The notes beneath the pieces are model-generated. The model did not search any database. It saw only the letters and a program-made list of their open reading frames with translations, and had not been told where the DNA came from. Positions 1 to 11,339 of a DNA stretch of 64,000 nt are shown piece by piece. The position numbers were made by a program, and so were the translations under genes. Location of the stretch: contig OZ024743.1 in the NCBI GenBank assembly GCA_964016885.1, positions 146,878,001 to 146,942,000 of the forward strand, given 5' to 3'. The stretch comes from Eledone cirrhosa (Eukaryota). Each line of letters starts with the position of its first letter. Positions within the stretch are counted from its first letter, which is position 1.

Positions 1-341
1 GACCAATTTGCATAGAGTGTGAGTACGTACCGGTTCAACGGAGACGATAAAAACAAATAACGAAACGAAATTAAATTTCGTTTCGTTTGTAACTCACTTT
101 TGTATGACTGACGCTTAAACAATTAAGTTAAAAATGTACATCCACATATGTATACTGAAATACTAGTATGCATATGAATACACACACGTATACATAGGTA
201 GATGTACCAAGTTTTTCACTGGTCACTTTACTGTGAGTGTCCAGCTATTCTGTATGTAAACACACAGACAAACCGGTTTTTAGAGTCATACTGGTTTTTG
301 AGGAAACACCTTTCCTCTATTCCCCAAAAAGCCAGACAAGG

Positions 342-386
342 AATATTGAACTAGTTTCGTTGTTGTTACAACTCATCAGCAATATT
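342..386 (-). ncRNA. Minimal type I hammerhead ribozyme (unit 1)
   Basis: Minus strand reads AATATTG-CTGATGA-GTTGT-aaca-ACAAC-GAA-ACTAGT-T-CAATATT: 7-bp stem I, intact core, 5-bp stem II, palindromic stem III, GUU cleavage triplet. Confidence 0.85.
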
Positions 387-807
387 TACCCATCTTCCGG
401 CCTTTCTGGAGAATCGTAAAAGCACATATCGTTATATGCTTTTTCTATGAAAATTAGTAGTGGGCAGACCAATTTGCATAGAGTGTGAGTACGTACCGGT
501 TCAACGGAGACGATAAAAACAAATAACGAAACGAAATTAAATTTCGTTTCGTTTGTAACTCACTTTTGTATGACTGACGCTTAAACAATTAAGTTAAAAA
601 TGTACATCCACATATGTATACTGAAATACTAGTATGCATATGAATACATACACGTATACATATGTAGATGTACCAAGTTTTTCACTGGTCACTTTACTGT
701 GAGTGTCCAGCTATTCTGTATGTAAACACACAGACAAACCGGTTTTTAGAGTCATACTGGTTTTTGAGGAAACACCTTTCCTCTATTCCCCAGAAAGCCA
801 GACAAGG

Positions 808-852
808 AATATTGAACTAGTTTCGTTGTTGTTACAACTCATCAGCAATATT
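808..852 (-). ncRNA. Minimal type I hammerhead ribozyme (unit 2)
   Basis: Identical motif 466 bp from the first copy. Confidence 0.85.
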
Positions 853-1273
853 TACCCATCTTCCGGCCTTTCTGGAGAATCGTAAAAGCACATATCGTTA
901 TATGCTTTTTCTATGAAAATTAGTAGTGGGCAGACCAATTTGCATAGAGTGTGAGTACGTACCGGTTCAACGGAGACGATAAAAACAAATAACGAAACGA
1001 AATTAAATTTCGTTTCGTTTGTAACTCACTTTTGTATGACTGACGCTTAAACAATTAAGTTAAAAATGTACATCCACATATGTATACTGAAATACTAGTA
1101 TGCATATGAATACACACACGTATACATATGTAGATGTACCAAGTTTTTCACTGGTCATTTTACTGTGAATGTCCAGCTATTCTGTATGTAAACACACAGA
1201 CAAACCGGTTTTTAGAGTCATACTGGTTTTTGAGGAAACACCTTTCCTCTATTCCCCAGAAAGCCAGACAAGG

Positions 1274-1318
1274 AATATTGAACTAGTTTCGTTGTTGTTA
1301 CAACTCATCAGCAATATT
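1274..1318 (-). ncRNA. Minimal type I hammerhead ribozyme (unit 3, at the inversion junction)
   Basis: Identical motif. Its core and stem II fill the 35-nt spacer of the large fold-back. Confidence 0.85.
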
Positions 1319-1759
1319 TACCCAACTAGTTCAATATTCCTTGTCTGGCTTTCTGGGGAATAGAGGAAAGGTGTTTCCTCAAAAACCAGTATGACTCTAA
1401 AAACCGGTTTGTCTGTGTGTTTACATACAGAATAGCTGGACACTCACAGTAAAGTGACCAGTGAAAAACTTGGTACATCTACATATGTATACGTGTGTGT
1501 ATTCATATGCATACTAGTATTTCAGTATACATATGTGGATGTACATTTTTAACTTAATTGTTTAAGCGTCAGTCATACAAAAGTGAGTTACAAACGAAAC
1601 GAAATTTAATTTCGTTTCGTTATTTGTTTTTATCGTCTCCGTTGAACCGGTACGTACTCACACTCTATGCAAATTGGTCTGCCCACTACTAATTTTCATA
1701 GAAAAAGCATATAACGATATGTGCTTTTACGATTCTCCAGAAAGGCCGGAAGATGGGTA

Positions 1760-1804
1760 AATATTGCTGATGAGTTGTAACAACAACGAAACTAGTTCAA
1801 TATT
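1760..1804 (+). ncRNA. Minimal type I hammerhead ribozyme (inverted arm)
   Basis: aatattg CTGATGA gttgtaacaacaac GAAA ctag TT caatatt on +. Predicted cleavage is after 1797. Confidence 0.85.
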
Positions 1805-2183
1805 CCTTGTCTGGCTTTCTGGGGAATAGAGGAAAGGTGTTTCCTCAAAAACCAGTATGACTCTAAAAACCGGTTTGTCTGTGTGTTTACATACAGAATA
1901 GCTGGACACTCACAGTAAAGTGACCAGTGAAAAACTTGGTACATCTACATATGTATACGTGTATGTATTCATATGCATACTAGTATTTCAGTATACATAT
2001 GTGGATGTACATTTTTAACTTAATTGTTTAAGCGTCAGTCATACAAAAGTGAGTTACAAACGAAACGAAATTTAATTTCGTTTCGTTATTTGTTTTTATA
2101 TAAATATATATATATATATATATATAAATATTGAGTACTCTGGTGCGTTATGGTCCAGCTGTTTGCTTACCACACTTCCTTTG

Positions 2184-2232
<49 letters not shown>

Positions 2233-2793
2233 TATATATAAGTGTGTATGTGTATATATGTGTATGTATATACATATATGTATATATGTATGTATATGCA
2301 TATGTATGTATATGCATATATGTGTGTATCTGTGTGTGTGTATAGCATATATTGTACAGGAAATGATTTTCCTATTTTGTTAACATATCTTGATATTCAC
2401 ACATATATATCAATATTTAAATTCTATTTAATAAACACAATAAAATAATGTTTTTATAAGATAGATGGACAAAAAAAATATACATTATAGCATTTGTATA
2501 CAGTATTTATGACGTTTGTTGCCTTCCAAATATTAATCTGCCAACTTGATTAGTTACTAGAAGCAAGTAAAGTAATGTAACATGCGTAAAGATGCCATTT
2601 AAGGCATGTGGTAGTGTTTGAATTCATGGCCTGTGACTATATAATTGCACAGCTATCTTATACTTCCACACAATGAATGTTTGCTTTCTATTGTATGCTA
2701 TTGACAATATATATATATATTCCTACCTGTGCTAGCATGAAAGACGACTGTTAAAAAATAATGATGATATATATATATATATATGTATATATT

Positions 2794-3930
2794 ATCATCA
2801 TCATCATCGTTTAACGTCCATCTTCCACGCTAGCATGGGTCTGGATGGGAATTGTTCCACTTGAGGCAAGATTGGTTGTCTTGCTTGGAACTGTCTGGTG
2901 GGTTTTCTACGGCTGGATGCCCTTCCTAACACCAACCACGGTTACAGTGTGGACCGGGAGGTTTTTACTGTGTTACGTACACGGCCACATTACAGCATGG
3001 ACTGTGTGTTTTTTTGTCGTGACACCTACACGACCTCATTTCTTTAGGACTAGATGCTGTCGTACCAACATAGATTTACATCGGAAGGGGTGGTGTAGAT
3101 GGTGGTGGGGTAGGGGTAGTGGGACAGGGGTGTATTTTGGTGCCTGCTGACTGTAGGTTTCGCTTTGTACTTAGGCAAGGCGGGTCTTCTGTATTACTGC
3201 GTAGCGCCAAAGATCTCGGTCCAGTGACATTGTCTTGGAGAGGTGTAAGTGTGTGAGGTCAGAATTTATCAAGTCATCCCAGGTTTTTCTGGGTCTGCCT
3301 ACTCCGTGGCTACCGTCTATTTTGATCGCCCTGCACTTTTTTATACAGCTGTCGTCTTTCATGCGCATCACGTGACCATACCAACATAGTCTTCTCTCAA
3401 GTAAACAACATCTGATCCCTCTTATCCCTAATTTCTCAATTAATTCATTTATGCTTTGCCGTTCGCGTATATTACTATTACACATCCAACGGAGCATGCT
3501 AGCTTCGTTCCTCTCCAGTCTGCGTAGATCCTCTGCACACAAGGCTCATGTCACGTAATATTGCTGCCATGTAATATTGCTGTTCGTATGCAGGCTTCAT
3601 ACAGCCTGCCTTTCATTTTCAGAGAAAAACCCTTAGCGGCCAATAGTGGTATAAGCTCTTTGAACTTTTTCCATCCCGTTCTGACTCTAGCTACAGTACT
3701 TTCGGAGCACCCTCCACCACTGCTGATTTTGTCACCCAGGTAACGGAAGGTGTCCACTATTTCTATAGAACCATCTGGGCAATGGAATGAGCTAGTATTC
3801 TGTGGGCATTTGCTGCTACTTATTGCACCAGAGCACTGGCCACATATAAAATTTATATTCTTAGTTAGCTTACCTGTGATCCCACTACATCTTTTATGCA
3901 CCCATACTTTGCATTTGGGACATAAAATGG

Positions 3931-3932
<2 letters not shown>
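2794..3932 (-). mobile_element. 5'-truncated RTE-clade LINE (RT C-terminus, 3' UTR, (GAT)n tail)
   Basis: ORFs 3551-3901 and 3171-3542 carry FRYLGD, MLRWMC, RRLxWYGHVMR, GRPRKTW and DRDLWR, typical of the RTE ORF end. Tail GTTAAACGATGATGATG. Confidence 0.88.
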
Positions 3933-3994
<62 letters not shown>

Positions 3995-3998
<4 letters not shown>

Positions 3999-4185
3999 AA
4001 AAGGTAAGACCCCGACGGCAGAGCTAAAGTCGTTTCGATGGCTATTTCTGTCCAGAAATAGCCGTCGAAACGGCTTGAGCTCTGCCGTCGGGGTCATACC
4101 TTTTCCTAGTACCCACTCTACTGCACTAAGTATTGAGTACTCTGCTGCGTTATGGTCCATCTGGTTCCTTACCACAATTCCTTCG

Positions 4186-4190
<5 letters not shown>
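3995..4190. repeat. Fold-back element (56-bp arms, 2-nt loop) with an ~80-bp tail, between (TA)n tracts
   Basis: 3995-4050 pairs with 4053-4108 with a few mismatches. Tail 4131-4190 resembles 2129-2190. Confidence 0.85.
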
Positions 4191-4223
<33 letters not shown>

Positions 4224-4634
4224 AAATTAGAATTTAGCTTCAAACATAGCTGTATACAGATATGTATTTGAATTTCGTATTTCTAAAGAAATACGGTATG
4301 TTTATAAATAAACATTTAGAAAGCCATAGCTATGAATAATACACTGGGAGCTATTGCCACCAGGTGATGCCCAGCAGAAGCAAAAGGGACAATGGTCGAT
4401 GCATTTTAAAGTCAACTGGTTCTTATCAGGACGATCTCTACTGTTCTTGCAAATGCCGGACTTTGAAAACAGGTGAAACTATATAGTTTTTCGTCTCTGT
4501 AAATAAGGTGATTAATCTCATTTGCATATGAAGCTGTATAAGTTGGATCAACTTGGAATAGAATTAGAATTTAGCTTCGAATTTAGCTATGGCTTTCTAA
4601 ATGTTTAATGGAATCTACTATATTTTATTGTAAT

Positions 4635-5575
4635 TTAATAATAATAATAATGAAATTATTGTGTACTGTGCTCAGGTGCACTACAACTCATTAAAGGTGC
4701 ATGTATAGTACATAGAATAATGTACAAATGTCAGGAAGTGAACAGTGTATGAGTCACTAGCAAAATGGCCCGGCGTTGCTCGGGATTTGCTCTAGGGTTC
4801 TTATATATTTGATATATATTTATCCTTATCGAGCCTCATGAAATAAATACGTTTGTTTATATTTTGTTATTGTGTATGCAAAAATATCTGTGCACGAATA
4901 TATATATATATATATATATATACATTAAAATAACAGATAAAGTTTAAGCAAAGAATTGCTGCTTTCACCCTTAACGGGATCTTCTGAAACTAAAAAAATC
5001 GATCTGTGAATGCAGAAGTAAATATTTTGAAAAAAGTTACACACTATATATATATATATATATACATATACACACACACACTATACATACATATATACAC
5101 ACACACACACATATAGCGACGTCATAATGTCATAATGCAGACAGCCAGACATACAGACAGCTATTATAAGGGCGCAACGTTATATCTATGTATCTATCTA
5201 AAAAAAAAAAGACTAAGAATTATAGAGAGAGAACGCTAAGTCGCCTAATGTGGTGCCTAGGGCATTGACAATTTGAAATTTTTGCTCAAAACACTCACAG
5301 GACCATAAGTATTACATGTTTAAAGTTTGAAAACAATCGGTTGGGTGGTTCTCGAGTTTGAGGGAGTCAGACAGACAGACAAACATATATTCTCTGTTTT
5401 AGATATATAGATGATATATAGATGATGTGCATGTGTATGGAGGGGGCATATCAGCAAATTATATATTGGCAAATTTCCGGAAGAATGGAGGTTTTAAAGG
5501 ATGCAGTGTCTCGGCAGCTAACAACCGATGCAGGTAGTAGTTTGTTCCATGCTTCAGAAACTCTGAGCATGTTTA
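4635..5575 (-). mobile_element. CR1/L2-type LINE 3' end, split by a Helitron
   Basis: Minus strand near 5570-5450 reads LRVSEAWNKLLPASVVSCRDTASFKTSI, matching the RVxxxWNxLPxxVV...SFK motif. The 3' UTR continues at 4756-4650 into an (ATT)n tail. Confidence 0.6.
4757..5411 (-). mobile_element. Non-autonomous Helitron (~655 bp)
   Basis: Minus strand begins TC(TATATATCTAAAAC) and ends CCCGAGCAACGCCGGG (hairpin)-CCATTTTG-CTAG. It is inserted between A and T with no TSD. Confidence 0.8.
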
Positions 5576-5629
5576 TCTCCCAGAAATGCAGTGGAATAGC
5601 CACACTCTGTCACTCATTCACTCATTTTC

Positions 5630-5708
<79 letters not shown>

Positions 5709-5710
5709 AT

Positions 5711-6065
5711 GGAGGCACATGGCTTAGTGGTTAGAGCATCAGCCCACACTGTAAAGTGGTCATGTAGGTGTCATGACAAAAATCACCCAACCTACACTGT
5801 AAAGTGATCGTGTAGGTGTCACAACAAAAAAACATCCAGCCAACACTGTAAAGTGATCGTATAGGTGTCATGACAAAAAGTACCCAGTACTCACAGTAAA
5901 TGAGGTTTGCATTAGTAAGGGCATCCAGCTGTAGAAACCAAACCAAAATCAGTTCTGTATGAGCAAGACAAGGCCACCTGGCTTGGCATTGCTCACAACA
6001 GGACAACTCATCTAACCCATGCTAGAGTGGAAAGATAGAGTTAAACGGTGATGATGATGATGATA
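5711..6065 (+). mobile_element. Chimeric tRNA-headed SINE with internal ~50-bp repeats and an RTE-type tail
   Basis: A-box-like TGGCTTAGTGGTTAGAGC, then three ACACTGTAAAGTG..TAGGTGTCA repeats, then GGGCATCCAGCTGTAGAAACC and GTTAAACGGTGATGATG shared with the RTE 3' UTRs. Confidence 0.6.
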
Positions 6066-7426
6066 TGACTATCTATCTATCTGTGTGTGTGTGTGTGTGT
6101 GAAAAATAGCATAACATATAGCTAGTTAGTTGTTAACAGGTGCTACTCTCACCTCTATCCACTTCTATCTTCTATTTCAGCATTTGGTGGGTGGGGGAAA
6201 ATTATGTCTTTTTGTCACAGATGTTTTTGATTTTGATTTTTGGGCAGTGGGTTGTGTAGGAATTCTAAAACACCTTAACATTTAAAATTCCTTGCTTCAT
6301 TCTGTATTCTGAAAAAACAACAAAACAAACAAAATCTCATCATTACTACATATATTCGCTTATTTATTTTTGAAATTAAATTCTATCATTATTTTAATTT
6401 CATATGTGTTTTTTACATATAATTTATTTTTCTAATTCTATTTAATTAATATTTTTCTTGCTTTTTTTGTAATTTCAGAAACTTGGAAAATTTTATCTTG
6501 GTCAATTTGAAGCAGTGTTTAATAAAAATTATTTATTTATTTATTATCATTGTTCTTTTTATTGATGCTACTTTTGTTCCCACTACCACCAGCACTACAA
6601 TCATCATCATTATCATCATTACTAAATAGAAAAAGCTTCTTATTTATTCATTTATTTAATTATTTATTTATTTTCAGATATCCATTTATTCCGTTGCCTT
6701 TTCCTTGTCTCTTCTCTTTCCCCTTCATATCCGGAGGGCTAAAGGCATTCTTGAGACTTCTTGAACTGCATAATTTCCATGCCTGGAAGATGTAATTCTT
6801 GAAGATTTTCAAAATTTACCTCTAGTCGCACTGAATCTGTATTTTTGCACTTTGTCATGACTTTAAAATTTAAACAACTAGAAATTTCTTCTAAAGGCAA
6901 ATTGTGTAATCACTAAAGAAGGAAAATAGTTCATTTTCTTCAAACAAGCAGGACACACATCCAATAATTTTCTACTTGGCTTCTCAGCTTTTTAACAATT
7001 ATTATTATGTAAATTTTAATTTGCCAAAAGGGCAAAACTTATTCACTATCTCTTTTATATTTATGTATTTATTTACTTAAGAACAGCAATTTTTTACCTT
7101 CTAAGTTCGTCTTTTTGATTTAATCAATACCAGGTTTTCATTCTTCATGCAAGATTGTCAAGCAGACAGACTGATTGACTAACTGACAGACTGGCAGACT
7201 GGCAGACTGATAGATATTTAAACGAAAGGAAAAATATGACAGCAGAAAAAAAAGAAAGTATACAGCAAATGCCACTTTTATTGTAGAAAGACTTGTTCTT
7301 TAATAGCTGTGTTTATTGAACATTATCTGTCAAGTGTACTATGTTGCTTTTGATTTGGTCTATAACAATGACTATTTTACGTGTCAGCAACAGATTAGGG
7401 TTGGGCTTAATTTGGTTTAATTATAA

Positions 7427-7484
<58 letters not shown>

Positions 7485-8421
7485 AGAAGAAGAAGAAGAA
7501 GAAGAAGAAGAAGAAGAAGAAGAAGAAGAAGAAGAATTGGCATCAGTACAGTACTGGTACTTTATTCATCAACCTCAAAATGCTAAAAGCATAGTTGATT
7601 CTGGTGAGATTTAGACTCAGAGCACAGAGACTTAAGAAGAATTCCACAAAGCAGTTTATCTGGTGCTCAGCCAAATTGCTTCTTATTTAAAGTCATCAGC
7701 ATTTTGCACTCTCTTGTCCATGCTTGCATTAGTTGAACCAGTTGTTACAGACCAAGTCAGTACTTATAAAGAGCTTCAAGGCAGACAGAGAGAATGATAT
7801 CTCACTTATATACATTCCAGTTTTAGCATGGTTTCTATGGCAGGATGTCCTTCCTGATACCAATCATTTTATGATAGCACCAGCACTAAGATGTGTGTCA
7901 TGTTCTTGATTCAAATTAAAGTCCTCCCTACCCTATATTGTAACTGGTCCAATACCAACACCCTCACAGTGTATGGAGTACATTTTACAGTGGCATCTAC
8001 TCTAGAGAGGTTGCCTTGTTCCCAGGTAAACACGCTCACGAATGAGAAAAGAAAGTAGGTGGTAACTGAAGAATAGAGATGTATGATGATTTTGGTGGGG
8101 TGGAACAGAGTGATGTGATAAGGAAGGTGTAATGTAGGAGAGAATGTGTAGAGGGTACTTGATTCGTTTTTGGCAGAAGGTTGAATAGACAAGTGTAAGA
8201 CAAAAATAGACAAGGTTGAATAGTCAAGAATGAAGAGAGGAGTGTGAGGGATGTATATCAACAGGGATAGGTGATGGCAAGTGGTAAATGTTATTCAGAA
8301 ACCCTGGAGAGGAATGATGGTGCTATAGTTTAACAGTGGAACATGATGGTTAGGATTCTAAATGTAGAGAGGACAGACATCCAGAAAGTAATGGATAGAT
8401 GTATGATGGCAAATACACGTG

Positions 8422-8452
<31 letters not shown>

Positions 8453-9054
8453 ACATACACATGCATTAACTGTTTTTCTCTGACTTAATACTTTTTCTTT
8501 GAATCTCATATTAGATTGAAATCTGACTGTTGTATTGCTCTCTCTCTCTATCATTTGCTGCCCCCCCCCCTTCTCTCTTATACTCTATGTATCCCTATAC
8601 AAAGTTCTCACGTTCGAACTCTTGCTTTCAACTATTCCCAACATGTCAGTGGCTGGAAGTAAACAAAAATCTGAGAAGCTTATTGAAATTATAAAACAGA
8701 TGAAATGGCAAAAAAGCATTATGTAATGAAGTTGTGAAACAAAAACTATACTCTAAATGACACTTAAGACAATTTAAACACCAAAATATTAAAAATTCAT
8801 AAGTATATTTTATACTCATGAGACTTTCAAAATAACACCATCTAAACATAATGTGTTGATTAGCTGCCTTGGATTATAAATGGGGTTTGGATTTTTGCCC
8901 ATTTCTCAGACAAAATAGCGGAGTCGGTTTATACTTAGATAGAATATATTTAGTAATTGTTCTTTCAGCTCATTTATACTTTGTCATTCATGCACACTAA
9001 CAATAAACATCCATTGGTACATATGTACTTCACTCTTTACTAGTCTTTACAAAT

Positions 9055-9720
9055 CCTCTGCAGTGGAGTCCTAAGTCTCACTGCCAAGCAGCATCACATT
9101 TCAAACACAAACATCATACAGTCTATCCTTCACTCTAAGAGAGAAGCCTTTTGTTTCCAGCAGAGATAATAGTTCCCTCAACGTTTTCCTATTACTGTAG
9201 CTATTATGCTTTTGGAACACCCACTTCCGCAGCAGATTAGGTCACTTAGGAAACAAAAGCTCTCAACAACTTTTAGGTAACTTTCCGCACATTAAAGAGA
9301 TTCTGTTTGTTTTATGTGTGATCTTAGTGTTCATTTTGCTTGTGTATCTGCTGCATATGGAATCTGTCTCTATTAACCAGTTTGTAATTTCAATAGATCT
9401 TTTATGTATTCTTAACTTTCACTGTGAGCAGCATATAGAATTTCTGCTCTCTCCTTTTCTCATACCAAGACCATTTCCATGATGACATCAGGGTCCTGTC
9501 TTCTTTCTTACTCATTAAGACTTTACTAGGTTCCTTTATAGGCCCTTCAATTCAAGATTTTGTTTTCATGTCTGGAATTTCATATCCAACTCTTCTACAG
9601 AGTCATCTAATAGGACTACTTTCATGGACAGCTAGTTATAAATCCTTCTCTTATGGTCTGGAGGAAAATGATAAAATGAAAGGAGCTGAGGACTAAGCCT
9701 TAATAGAACTCTACCTGGTG
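9055..9720 (-). mobile_element. Highly degraded RTE LINE RT fragment
   Basis: Residual similarity to the 3550-3900 region (KGFSLRVK / ELLSLL-like stretches), with many disablements. Confidence 0.45.
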
Positions 9721-11339
9721 CTAAATTCATCATTTTATTTATTGCGAACTGTCATCTGGTTCAATATACTTTGAAATACAGGTATACACTGTTCTTACCT
9801 TCATGCTGAACTAGGTGTGGTACGATCGGAGCTTAAAATACTGACAGCAACTCAAATCTAAATTTATTATACTTAAACATATTGTATATGGGTCCATATA
9901 TGTCTTTATAATCGAATAACTGAATGCAGATTGGCAGTTGTTCCAAACAATGTTTCTTTGAATATATTGTTATATAATGATAAATTTACTAATTCTGTTC
10001 CTAGTAATTCATTTACTCCTTGTAAAACTTCTTTGGATTATTTAACTAGCTAATAAGTTGCTTAGGGTATCAATAGTCATGCAAAAAATATGCTGATTGA
10101 TGAGCCAACAAGAGAGCTTCTACATGGTTGTTTGTCCTGCTAGAAATAGCTTCAAAATCTTCCTTAAATTAGACTTTAAAAAAAAAAGAGGACACATCAA
10201 ATAATGGAGTTCTAGATACACTATGTCTGGAAAAAAGCCACAATAGTCTTTGATTATAGGTCAGTTAAATCATCAATGAACTAGACTTGAAAAACGTGAT
10301 GATGCAAGTGAAACTGTCCTTGTATTCATTACTTATCTCTACTTGAGCAAATATCTCCAGAGATTTGTTATCAAGAAATATAACATTTTCTTTTGAAGTG
10401 CAGTGATAGACAAGTGCAATCAATAATATGAAATTAGATTTATCAATAATATTCAATTTTATAAATCTGTTATATTTAACTTTGCTAATAACTTCAAAAA
10501 AGAAAAAAATTCTTTCATTTATTATTCACATCAATGTTTTTTTTTATCTTAGAGTTGTTGTTAGTCTCAAGATTAACACTGAATAAACAGACCTATGAAT
10601 ATACAAAAAAAAAAAATGTATCCTTTTTATTTTTAAAACAATCTGGGTGATTTGAAGGAAATTTGTTGCTACTTCTATTATGTTGAGCAACTGCATAAGG
10701 GTTTCTATGTTAGCTCATTCTGTTTAATATATCTATGAAAGAAACAAAGCTAAAATATAAATATTGTTGTCATTATGTAGCCATGCTTAGTCCAGTTAAA
10801 CCAACTTTGTTGAGTAGTTCTAGACTTCTCTGTTAGATAAGGCATATAGCTCAAAATATTTAAAACTATTATATAAGTCAAATAACACTTTGGATATAAA
10901 AATTTAAGTTGCTTACTAAATCAATTTTGGCTCTTCATCATAAAATATGCAACCATAAGACTTTTAAAAAAATGTAAAACATGTTCTTTTTTTTAAAGCA
11001 GTGATGCACAACTTTTTTCTGAAGCTGATTCACAAAATTCATGAGGTAAACTTCCTGAACCACCAATGCAAAACAGTAGGACATAAAACTCATTGTAGAC
11101 TACTAAAACATTGGTATTACAACTGGAATCTCATTTGCACCATATTGTGAAACACTAATTTAACTAGTGGTAAGGAGTTTTTTGAACAAAAGTAGCTGAT
11201 ACATTCAGCAAGACAAAGGAAATAAAAACTGCCTTGTTATTGTTCAAAGTGTTTTTGATCAGCTTTGCTTTTCATCCTTCCATGGTTGATAAAATCAACT
11301 GCTCTCTTTCCCCAATATTTCTGACTTTGAGTCTATGAT

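Larger units (their letters stand above)
1..2099. repeat. 466-bp tandem repeat (about 2.8 units, open at the window start) followed by a 776-bp inverted copy; one hammerhead per unit (retrozyme / Penelope pLTR-like array)
   Basis: GACCAATTTG recurs at 1, 467 and 933. 1324-2099 is the reverse complement of 513-1288, with a 35-nt spacer (1289-1323). The array ends in (TA)n. Confidence 0.95.

Noticed and set aside
237-1909. Repeated 60-aa ORF (MSSYSVCKH...)
   Set aside because: It mostly starts at GTG, has no recognisable domain, runs antisense through the hammerhead, and recurs only because the DNA is repeated.
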